The position numbers and the translations under genes are program-made. A stretch of 28,427 nucleotides of DNA from Erysipelotrichaceae bacterium MTC7 (GTDB lineage Bacteria > Bacillota_I > Bacilli_A > Erysipelotrichales > Erysipelotrichaceae): positions 1 to 28,427 of the forward strand of contig LVZN01000021.1 in NCBI GenBank assembly GCA_001695645.1, read 5' to 3'. Below the pieces are notes generated by a model, which did no database searches, had not been told where the DNA came from, and saw only the letters and a list, made by a program, of their open reading frames with translations. Below, piece by piece: positions 20,350 through 28,159 of this stretch; position 1 is the stretch's first letter, and every line of letters starts with the position of its first letter.

Positions 20350-21457
20350 AACCATGAATAGTTGGTACGTATCAAAAAGATATACCAGCTGGGATGGTAA
20401 AAGCAAACGCAAAGTAAAAAGAGGTTTCAAAACAAAGAAAGCAGCACAAGAATATGAAAGATCATTTATTGCGAAAGAGTCACAAGAACTAGATATGACG
20501 TTTGGTGACTTTGTTGAAGTATATATGAAAGATCTGAATCCAAGACTTAAGGAGAACACCATTCATACAAAGGAAAATATTATTTACAATCAGATTGTTC
20601 CATACTTTGAAAACAAGAAAATAAACAATATAAAGCCTAATCATATTGTTGAATGGCAAAATGAAATGTTAGCATTTCGTAGTAAGTCTGGAGAACCATA
20701 TTCACCCTGTTATCTCAAAACACTTCATAATCAACTAAGCGCAATATTTAATCATGCTGTAAGATATTATGAGCTGAAAACAAACCCAGCAAAGCTTGCA
20801 GGCAGTATGGGGAAAGAAAAAGGGAAGGAAATTAAGTTCTGGACAAAAGAGGAATATCTTAAATTTAGTGAAGCACTAAATGATCGAGATTTGGTGTTTC
20901 ATGCATTTGAAATTTTATATTGGTGTGGTCTACGAATTGGAGAATTGTTGGCACTTACACCAAGTGATTTTGACTTTGAAAAAAGCACCATAAAAATTGA
21001 CAAGTCGTATCAAAGGTTAAAATGTAAAGATATAATCACAACTCCCAAAACAGAGAAAAGTAATAGAACTGTAAAGATGCCAAGTTTTCTCAAAAAAAAA
21101 ATGAAAGACTTATTATCACGTCTATATAAATTGGAGGGGAATTCACGCATTTTTGCAATCACTAAAAGTTGTCTTCATGGTCAAATGAGTAGAGGTTGTA
21201 AAAGAAGTGGAGTAAAGAAAATTAGAATACATGGTCTGCGACATTCACATGTTAGTTTACTAATTGAGATGGGGTTTGATGCTGTATCAATTGCAGACCG
21301 AGTGGGGCATGAGAGTATCGATATTACATATCGCTATGCACATATGTTTCCAACAAAACAAGATAATATTGCTGAAAGTTTGAATATTGAAAGAGAAACA
21401 ATCAGTAGTGTTACTACAAATACAAACAACAAACAAAAATTAGAAGTAAGAAGTTAA
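20330..21457 (+). CDS. int: Tyrosine recombinase (Tn916-family integrase with N-terminal arm-binding domain)
   Basis: N-terminus MPVYKDETMNSWYVSKRYTSWDGKSKRKVKRGFKTKKAAQEYE (AP2-like arm-binding fold). Catalytic blocks WCGLRIGELLAL, HGLRHSH and GHESIDITYRYAH. RBS GGAGGA. Confidence 0.9.
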   Translation: MPVYKDETMNSWYVSKRYTSWDGKSKRKVKRGFKTKKAAQEYERSFIAKESQELDMTFGDFVEVYMKDLNPRLKENTIHTKENIIYNQIVPYFENKKINNIKPNHIVEWQNEMLAFRSKSGEPYSPCYLKTLHNQLSAIFNHAVRYYELKTNPAKLAGSMGKEKGKEIKFWTKEEYLKFSEALNDRDLVFHAFEILYWCGLRIGELLALTPSDFDFEKSTIKIDKSYQRLKCKDIITTPKTEKSNRTVKMPSFLKKKMKDLLSRLYKLEGNSRIFAITKSCLHGQMSRGCKRSGVKKIRIHGLRHSHVSLLIEMGFDAVSIADRVGHESIDITYRYAHMFPTKQDNIAESLNIERETISSVTTNTNNKQKLEVRS

Positions 21458-21579
21458 TGATTAAACAATTTGTAAGCCATTTTAGTTGTTTGTCTGTTTG
21501 TTACAGTAGGCTAGATGTTAGTATAGATATTTTCTCCAGCTGGTGTTTTTTAGGAATTATTGGAGAAATGATTAAGATT

Positions 21580-21672
21580 GTGTCAGAGGATGTTGAAGTC
21601 TTCTGACACTTGATAATATGACAGCAAGCATGGTGTTTTGATACCAAAACACACTTGCTAGGGCTAAGCCCT
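21580..21672 (+). other. Candidate oriT (cluster of inverted repeats upstream of mobC)
   Basis: IR1: GTGTCAGAGGA (21580-21590) / TCTTCTGACAC (21599-21609). IR2: GCAAG...GTGTTTTG-ATAC-CAAAACAC...CTTGC (21624-21658). IR3: AGGGCT-A-AGCCCT (21660-21672). A possible extended -10, TGaTAATAT, lies at 21611-21619. Confidence 0.5.
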
Positions 21673-21701
21673 AAGACCCTTAAAGAGAAAGGATGATATT
21701 A

Positions 21702-22016
21702 ATGAACAGGAATATATCAATTCATGTTCGATTAAATGAGAAAGAATTTGATAAATTAAATGAACATGTAAATACCCTTGGTTGGAGCAGAGGGAAGTAC
21801 TTCAGGTCACTACTTGATGGTGCGGTTCTCAAAGTTCCACCACCACTTGAATACCATAAACTACTAAAAGAGTTTAACTATTTAGGTAACAATATTAACC
21901 AACTTGTAAAGTCTTCATATTGTAATGTTATGGACGTCTCAGAGGCACAAAAACAACTCAACAGATTTCATGAATTAATTACTTTGTTAGATAATAAAGT
22001 TAGAGGGTTTGCTTAA
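21702..22016 (+). CDS. mobC: MobC-family relaxosome accessory protein
   Basis: RHH-like N-terminus ISIHVRLNEKEFDKLNEH and the family motif LGNNINQLVK. TAATG overlap with the relaxase. ATG 21702 is better spaced from AGGA than the track start 21693. Confidence 0.8.
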   Translation: MNRNISIHVRLNEKEFDKLNEHVNTLGWSRGKYFRSLLDGAVLKVPPPLEYHKLLKEFNYLGNNINQLVKSSYCNVMDVSEAQKQLNRFHELITLLDNKVRGFA

Positions 22017-23314
22017 TGGCTACGACATCCCTTTGGGAAATCAAAGGGAAGATTACGGATGTAATTGCATACACTATTGATGAAAAGAAAACATCATTAA
22101 ATGATGCAGTTGATTACACTGTAGATTCATCGAAGACAATTGATAGGGAACTAGTAAGTTGTTTGAACTGTATGGATCACGATCCTGTGCAATCTATGAT
22201 AAATACCAAACGACAATTTCAGGATGATAAACCTATCGTATGTTTTCATGGTTACCAAAGTTTTCTTCCTGGTGAAGTTGACCATAAAACCGCACATGAG
22301 ATAGGGGTTAAGTATGCTCAAGAAATGTGGGGTGATAAGTATCAAGTTGTCATTTCAACTCATACTGATAAGGATCATGCCCATTCTCATTTTGTAGTTA
22401 ACTCTACATCATTTGTAGATGGCAAAAGGTACCAAAATAATCGACGAGACAAATATGAGATGCGAATTGTATCTGATAAGATTTGCAAAGAGTACGGGTT
22501 ATCGATTATAGAAAAACCAAAACGCTATGGAAAAACTAGAGCATATCAACATAATCTAATGAATGTGCGAGATAGGGTTCGTGCAGATTTAGATAGATTA
22601 ATTGCGATACACCAATCTACAGACAGTTTATTTCGAGAATTACAAAGGGAAGGTTATACTATTGATAACTCACGAAGGTACATGAAGTTAATTCCTCCGG
22701 GAAACACTAAAGGTGTGCGCTTAAAATCGCTTGGTGATAATTACACAATGGATGCTATCCAAGAACGAGTAATGGAAAATCATTTCAAGAAAATTGAAAG
22801 GCCAAGTCCATACGAGTATTACGAAAAGAAGAAGTTTGAAATTAGACCCTATTATGAAAAATATAAAAAAGGGGAATTAAATGGGTTTCAGAGACTATAC
22901 CTTCATTATCAATATGTATTAGGTATTATCCCAAAAGAGAATAAACTCAAATGGCGAGATTATTCTAAAGAACTTAAAAATGCAATCAAGGAAATGGATG
23001 CAATTTCTAGCCAAACCATCTTTATGTGTAGTTACAATATTTCTACAAATGAAGATTTGGACAGTGTTGAAAAAGCTCTAATTAAACACACTGATGAACT
23101 AATTAAGGAAAGGCGAGTTTTATATAACGCACGACGAACTATTACAAACGATGATGATCTCAAACAAAACAAAGAAAAAGTTAAAGATATTAACAAGACA
23201 TTGAAACAAGCGAAAAAGCAGATTGGTTATTGTGAGGGTATACGGACACGAGCAGCGACGATTGAAGCAATGAAGCTAGAAAGAGCAAGACGACGTGAAG
23301 AGTATATACTCTAA
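22016..23314 (+). CDS. Relaxase/mobilization nuclease (MobA/VirD2 PF03432-type)
   Basis: N-terminal ...VIAYTIDEKKT (candidate catalytic Tyr) and histidine triad HTDKDHAHSHFVVNS. K/E-rich, probably coiled-coil C-terminus. Confidence 0.85.
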   Translation: MATTSLWEIKGKITDVIAYTIDEKKTSLNDAVDYTVDSSKTIDRELVSCLNCMDHDPVQSMINTKRQFQDDKPIVCFHGYQSFLPGEVDHKTAHEIGVKYAQEMWGDKYQVVISTHTDKDHAHSHFVVNSTSFVDGKRYQNNRRDKYEMRIVSDKICKEYGLSIIEKPKRYGKTRAYQHNLMNVRDRVRADLDRLIAIHQSTDSLFRELQREGYTIDNSRRYMKLIPPGNTKGVRLKSLGDNYTMDAIQERVMENHFKKIERPSPYEYYEKKKFEIRPYYEKYKKGELNGFQRLYLHYQYVLGIIPKENKLKWRDYSKELKNAIKEMDAISSQTIFMCSYNISTNEDLDSVEKALIKHTDELIKERRVLYNARRTITNDDDLKQNKEKVKDINKTLKQAKKQIGYCEGIRTRAATIEAMKLERARRREEYIL

Positions 23315-23367
23315 AATGAAATAATGCATCTTATAATTTTAATAAAGTGTTTGATGAAAGTAGTAAA

Positions 23368-23416
23368 AAAAGGATGATAATTTCATGGTTGTGATAATCC
23401 ATTTATTACATCCTCT
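23368..23416. terminator. Possible bidirectional terminator between convergent relaxase and ABC genes
   Basis: AAAGGATG (23369-23376) pairs with CATCCTCT (23409-23416), with A/T runs on both sides. The 32-nt loop makes it weak. Confidence 0.3.
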
Positions 23417-23417
23417 T

Positions 23418-25238
23418 TTAATTATTTCTTAAAACTTTACTAGTTTTTACCTTTTTTATTAAATTTGTGAATACTACTACTGCAACAAGAACTTCCATAA
23501 GTATAAGAAGTAAAGGTAAGAATATGGCGTATATCGAAATATGAAATCCTAAAGTAAGAACAGCGGCAATTAATAAGTAGATTATTGTTGCCTTTGTTAC
23601 AACATATAAGTGACTTTTTAAATAAACAGATGTTAAGTAGTTATTGGATAATCCGTTAATCTTCAATATTGCTATTTCTCTACGTTTTTTCTTCAAAGTA
23701 TTCCAGTTTAATATGGAAAGTATAACAACACCAGCAATGATGAATCCAACCGTAAATAAGATTTTTAACCTATCATGAGATCTTTGCATCACTTTTATTT
23801 CATCCATTTTAATGGCATCTGAATTTACATAGAATCCTTTATCTTCAAATGATTCTTTCGCTTTTTCCAAATTTTCTAGTTTATTTCCTTGAAATATATA
23901 TCCAATTGATTCTGTGCTGGTAAGTGCTTCAGAAAAAAACGAATCAATTACATCGTAATGCATATACATAAAATACGCATTATTATTATCAAAATGGTTT
24001 GTGACTCCTTGCTTTAATACACCATTAATCTTATAGTCATAATCCTGTACGACTTCATTCCCATTGCTATTTACTATTGTTGTAGTTGCATCAAATTGAT
24101 ATTGAACATTGGCATTTTTCTCTCTTAATAGTTTGTAAACGCGATTTGATAAATAGACTCCATCGAGTTCATTATCATAATATTCGGTTTCAATTAGCGA
24201 GCTTATGTCATCTTTACTAAAATATGGAATTATTGAAATGGGATTTCCCATTTCAATATAAATCTGATTCAAAGGCTTGAGTTGAAAATTTGATTTTGGC
24301 TCACTAAAGAAATTTCTGTTCGTATATAGTGGAGCCTCATCTTTCTCATTCATTATCAATATTTCTTTCACGAAAGAGTTAACTAGTAATTCTTCTTGTA
24401 CTCCATTTTGATAATCGATAAATCCAATTACTAGAAAATTGATAATCATTAAAATCAAAGCGATTAAAGCGTAGATTGTGTTGTTTCTCTTTGACCTTTT
24501 CAACTCGTATTTTATATAATGCTTTTCAAAATTCTTATCTATAGGCTCATAGTATAAAGATGTTTTGTTTATTCTACTTTTAACACTAGAGTCATTAGTC
24601 TCTGAGATTATTTTTTTATTTTTTATTTTTAAACATATGTCAGCTTGTTTAACGACCGCTTTAGAGTGAGAGGAAATGAGTAAGTATATGTTTCTTTTTT
24701 TAATCTGTTCCTTCAAAATGTTTATAATAATTTTTTCGTTTTCTTTGTCTAGAGAAGCAGTTGGTTCATCTAAAACAAGTACATCAGGTTCTTTAATAAG
24801 TGAACATGCTAAGGCTAGACGCTGCTTTTGTCCAAGTGATAAAGTGGATACCGTTTGAGAAAACGGTATCTCTAATCTAAACTCCTTTAAATACGAAGTT
24901 AACTCTTTTTCTGAGATTGATTTATCCGTTAGTGCTGCAAACAAGTTTATGTTTTCTTCTACAGTGAGATGGTCAATTAAATCATTTTCTTGCAAAACGA
25001 ACCCAATATAATTTCTCTTGAAATTAGAAAGTTCTTCATTGTTCATTTGATTGATATTATTTCCTTCATATGTTATATCGCAATCTATGTCAATCAAGGC
25101 AACTCTGTACAAAAGAGAAGTTTTCCCAATTCCGCTTTCCCCAGCGAGAACATATAGCTTTCCTCTTTCTAAAAACAATGAGGTATTCACCAATAATTGT
25201 CTATCGTAAGTAATATTAATTTGTCGTAATTCGTACAT
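23418..25238 (-). CDS. Fused ABC ATPase - FtsX/MacB-type 4-TM permease, paralog 2 (606 aa)
   Basis: NBD: Walker A GESGIGKTS, Q-loop VLQEN, signature LSLGQKQR, Walker B LVLDEPTASLD, H-loop SSHS. Then TM1 (IYALIALILMIINFLVIGFI), an ectodomain of about 230 aa, and three C-terminal TMs with the FtsX-type loop KKRREIAILKINGLS. The start overlaps the upstream gene by 23 nt behind AAGAGGA. Confidence 0.85.
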   Translation of the reverse strand: MYELRQINITYDRQLLVNTSLFLERGKLYVLAGESGIGKTSLLYRVALIDIDCDITYEGNNINQMNNEELSNFKRNYIGFVLQENDLIDHLTVEENINLFAALTDKSISEKELTSYLKEFRLEIPFSQTVSTLSLGQKQRLALACSLIKEPDVLVLDEPTASLDKENEKIIINILKEQIKKRNIYLLISSHSKAVVKQADICLKIKNKKIISETNDSSVKSRINKTSLYYEPIDKNFEKHYIKYELKRSKRNNTIYALIALILMIINFLVIGFIDYQNGVQEELLVNSFVKEILIMNEKDEAPLYTNRNFFSEPKSNFQLKPLNQIYIEMGNPISIIPYFSKDDISSLIETEYYDNELDGVYLSNRVYKLLREKNANVQYQFDATTTIVNSNGNEVVQDYDYKINGVLKQGVTNHFDNNNAYFMYMHYDVIDSFFSEALTSTESIGYIFQGNKLENLEKAKESFEDKGFYVNSDAIKMDEIKVMQRSHDRLKILFTVGFIIAGVVILSILNWNTLKKKRREIAILKINGLSNNYLTSVYLKSHLYVVTKATIIYLLIAAVLTLGFHISIYAIFLPLLLILMEVLVAVVVFTNLIKKVKTSKVLRNN

Positions 25239-27405
25239 CTTTTTTCCTCTTTATAAAAATGAATGGCACAATAAACTCAAATATTAATGAAAGCATTAGT
25301 AGTGCACCTATTATTACAATATTTATCTTAATGAAACTAATATTCATAAAGTAAATTATTCGTGTAAGTAGTAAAAATGATAAAAGAGATATAACGAAGA
25401 CTACCAATGTATTAAACGTATACTGTAGTAGTAAATATTTGATTTGTTCATTCTTCTCTAGCCCGTTTTTTGCTAAGAAATCTTTTGCATTGTCATCAAT
25501 GTCTCTATTTAAATATTTTAAATATAAATTTAGTAACGCTGCAAAAATAAAAATTGCTATTCCTATATATAGAAAAGTTGTATTATTCAAATTTTTATAG
25601 TCCTCAATTGTACCAGAAGAAAGAAATTTAGAGTCGATATTAAAACCATTTTTTTCGATTTCATTTTGAATTTTCTCAATTTTATTTATGTCATTAACAA
25701 AAACATTGAAAGCGTTTGGCACCCATTTCTTTTGCACGATGTGTTGGTCATCAAATCCGGATGCATCGTAATTCACTTCTTCCGGTAAACTCTCATAAAA
25801 AGTTTCTCCAAGCTTAGAAATATACCATGCTTCTCTTTCGTCAGGATAATTAGAGGCAAGCATTCCTATTGTGTTTGAGATTAATTGTTGAGGTACATAT
25901 ATAGCATATAAAGTATTTTCACCATTTAAAGATTCTCCGCTTTTTATCACACCTAAAATTGGCAGTTCAACATGTACATAATGACAAGTTGTGTAGTTTA
26001 CTGGCACAGCATTTGAATCGTCATCTCCAGTACTTAAACTCGTTACTCCTTTGGAGTCGTATATTGGAACTGGCATATCAAATCCAACCTTTAAATTATT
26101 ATTGAATTCTTTTCCTCTAAAAAGGTATGAATAAACATTAGAAGTGAGATATACTCCTGTTTCTTCATATTTAAATTGTTCCTCTTTTGATAGTGAACTT
26201 GCTAGTTTAGTTTCATAATTACCCTTTGGGTAAGTGTGAAGATAATGGTCAACACCATTAAATGAAGGTTTTGTTTCAGTAGGTTCATCATTTAATATGT
26301 TAACAGAATTGATTACTTCACCATTTTCCATTCCAGATATCTCATAATTATAGATATTGAAGTTTTCGGTATGTATTCTTTCTTGGCCCTTGGCTAAATA
26401 AAAATCCCGTGTATTATCTAGAATGTTGTCATATCTCCATTCTAGTGAACTTACATCCTTAATGTTTGAAAGCTTCGTGATATCCTTTTCTTCGATTGGG
26501 TATTCGGATCCCGCATACTCATAAACCGAACTCGCAAAAGGAGCTTTATAAACTATTGTATCTGTATTGCTAAGTTGATCAAGTTGCTGTTGGATATTAG
26601 CCTTAAGTGCATTATTAAAAAAAATAGATGCAACTAAAATTGATATTGATACGCTTACAATAATATATGAAAATTTCTTTATTACTTTCTCATTTTTTGT
26701 TGATTTCACAATATATTTTAAGAATGATTTTGTTGATTTTGATTGTGCATTTTCGCTTAGAGATTTTTCTTTATTCTTTGTTATTTCTTTTTTTATTAGC
26801 TTCTTGTTATTTATCTCATAAATAACTCCAGCTCTGCTAATTAGTTGTTGATCGTGTGTTGCACAGATTACAATTTTCCCAATTCCTGCGTATTCTTCTA
26901 AAAAATTCATAACGGTTTGTTTGTTATCCTCATCAAGAGAAGCTGTTGGTTCATCCAATAATAATACATTTGGGTTCTTGATTGTTGCTAATAAAATTGA
27001 CAACCTTGTTTTTTCTCCACCTGATAATTGACTAGGGAATTTAACTAACAAATCATTCAGTTTCAATTTTTCAAGAAAGTTCTTTGGAAAATCTTGAATC
27101 TCATATAGATCCATTACAAAATGTATATTATCTTTCACCGTAAGGTTATCAAAAAAAGTTGGAGTCTGTTCAACAATTCCAACGTTTTGAAAAATGAAAT
27201 CTTGATAATTTTCGAGTTCTACCAGAAAGTTTTTATAGTGAACTTCAGATTTGTATAATCCTTTGATGATATTGAGCAAAGTAGTCTTACCAGTTCCACT
27301 TTCTCCTATGATTAATGTCAATTCACCTGGTTTTGCTTCAAACTTGGTTGACCTAAAAATATGGTTATCACCAAATGAAACATTAAGATTATTTAAGTTA
27401 AGCAT
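25216..27405 (-). CDS. Fused ABC ATPase - FtsX/MacB-type 4-TM permease, paralog 1 (729 aa)
   Basis: NBD: Walker A GESGTGKTT, Q-loop VEQTP, signature LSGGEKTR, Walker B LLLDEPTASLD, H-loop ATHD. Then TM1 (FSYIIVSVSISILVASIFF), an ectodomain of about 350 aa, and three C-terminal TMs. RBS GGAGGT. Confidence 0.85.
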   Translation of the reverse strand: MLNLNNLNVSFGDNHIFRSTKFEAKPGELTLIIGESGTGKTTLLNIIKGLYKSEVHYKNFLVELENYQDFIFQNVGIVEQTPTFFDNLTVKDNIHFVMDLYEIQDFPKNFLEKLKLNDLLVKFPSQLSGGEKTRLSILLATIKNPNVLLLDEPTASLDEDNKQTVMNFLEEYAGIGKIVICATHDQQLISRAGVIYEINNKKLIKKEITKNKEKSLSENAQSKSTKSFLKYIVKSTKNEKVIKKFSYIIVSVSISILVASIFFNNALKANIQQQLDQLSNTDTIVYKAPFASSVYEYAGSEYPIEEKDITKLSNIKDVSSLEWRYDNILDNTRDFYLAKGQERIHTENFNIYNYEISGMENGEVINSVNILNDEPTETKPSFNGVDHYLHTYPKGNYETKLASSLSKEEQFKYEETGVYLTSNVYSYLFRGKEFNNNLKVGFDMPVPIYDSKGVTSLSTGDDDSNAVPVNYTTCHYVHVELPILGVIKSGESLNGENTLYAIYVPQQLISNTIGMLASNYPDEREAWYISKLGETFYESLPEEVNYDASGFDDQHIVQKKWVPNAFNVFVNDINKIEKIQNEIEKNGFNIDSKFLSSGTIEDYKNLNNTTFLYIGIAIFIFAALLNLYLKYLNRDIDDNAKDFLAKNGLEKNEQIKYLLLQYTFNTLVVFVISLLSFLLLTRIIYFMNISFIKINIVIIGALLMLSLIFEFIVPFIFIKRKKDVRITTN

Positions 27406-27470
27406 TTTTTACCTCCATAGTAATAGAAAGTATTAACTATTGAGTTTTGTTAAACTGTTAGTGTAATACT

Positions 27471-27875
27471 CTATCTCCATGTTTTGGTATTGTTATCAAA
27501 AGTGTAAGTAAAGTTTGCAGTAGGACTACCAGCAATAGCAGGGTTTACATAAACGTATGCGGTTACTTTACGCTTAGCTACATATACACCCCCAGAAGCA
27601 CTTGTTGAAGTCGTTGTTGCACTCGAAACGTGGACTTGTTGTGCACCGGCACAAGATGCGCTTTGGTTGAATGTCCATCTCGATACACCTGAATCATCAA
27701 ATTTAGCTGTTGAGCTAATGTGATATGTAAATGATGACAATTTACCGCTACTACTTTTTGTTTGCGAGTAAACTTTTAAAGGCTCTATTGTTTTAACAGT
27801 TGTAAAACCAGATGCCACTAAAAAAGTTGAGATTGCCAATATACTTACAAATAATCTACTTAATCTATTTTTCAT
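27471..27875 (-). CDS. Small secreted Ser/Thr-rich protein (134-aa precursor, Sec signal peptide), unknown family
   Basis: ATG 27875 lies 5 nt after GGAGGGGA. MKNRLSRLFVSILAISTFLVASG is an n-h-c signal peptide with no lipobox Cys. The mature part is rich in S/T/A/V with alternating beta-like stretches and ends ...FTYTFDNNTKTWR. The track start at 27962 is a TTG extension. Confidence 0.75.
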   Translation of the reverse strand: MKNRLSRLFVSILAISTFLVASGFTTVKTIEPLKVYSQTKSSSGKLSSFTYHISSTAKFDDSGVSRWTFNQSASCAGAQQVHVSSATTTSTSASGGVYVAKRKVTAYVYVNPAIAGSPTANFTYTFDNNTKTWR

Positions 27876-28102
27876 TTTAATCCCCTCCGTATAATTTAAA
27901 AAATAGTTAATACTTCCTAATTTCATTTTATCACAAAGATTTTTGATATTTAAGTGATTCAAATTGATTTATTTTGACTGACTGATTTTGGTTTATGATG
28001 GGCTTTAAATTCTTGTTTTTTTCATTAGTCAAAGTACTATAAGATAATAAGTAAACGATCTTGTTATATGATATTAAATTTGCTATTATTGCATTCTAAT
28101 AG

Positions 28103-28119
28103 TACCATTTTGATACCAT
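28103..28119. repeat. attR core (direct repeat TACCATTTTGATACCAT)
   Basis: Identical to 19412-19428. Confidence 0.8.
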
Positions 28120-28124
28120 CTATC

Positions 28125-28153
28125 TTGAAAAACGTATATACCTGGTGTAATAT
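28125..28153 (+). promoter_or_regulatory. Near-consensus promoter immediately right of attR
   Basis: TTGAAA (28125-28130), 17-nt spacer, TAATAT (28148-28153). Confidence 0.45.
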
Positions 28154-28159
28154 GAGGAT

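Larger units (their letters stand above)
19412..28119. mobile_element. Integrative mobilizable element (IME) of about 8.7 kb: repressor, Xis-like, tyrosine integrase, oriT, MobC, relaxase and a 3-gene cargo
   Basis: Perfect 17-bp direct repeat at both ends. Contains integrase, excisionase-like and relaxase genes but no coupling protein or T4SS. The cargo is A+T-rich relative to the flanks: in single-line spot counts, 17/60 G+C at 25261-25320 versus 25/60 at 1141-1200. Confidence 0.8.

Noticed and set aside
24676-27436. Plus-strand ORFs 24676-24858 and 27251-27436 inside the cargo region
   Set aside because: They lie antisense within the NBD-coding parts of the two ABC fusion genes, have no SD, and their sequences mirror the Walker and signature codons.
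27406-27470. Possible attenuator hairpin between the small-protein gene and the first ABC gene (AGTATTA...TAATACT)
   Set aside because: It is only a 7-bp all-A/U stem with a ~28-nt loop and no proper U-tract, which is too weak to call.
27471-27875. Calling the small protein a lactococcin-972 family member outright
   Set aside because: Only the gene context, the Sec leader and a vaguely similar aromatic C-terminus support it. I cannot align the family's conserved core by eye, so it stays a hypothesis that needs an HMM search.
27876-27962. N-terminal 29-aa extension of the small secreted protein (track start TTG 27962). Similar extensions occur at 222, 6360, 6844, 14227, 15924, 16943 and 20018.
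   Set aside because: In each case the internal ATG has a well-spaced SD and yields the canonical N-terminus (signal peptide, P-loop and so on). The extensions overlap upstream genes or promoter-like sequence.
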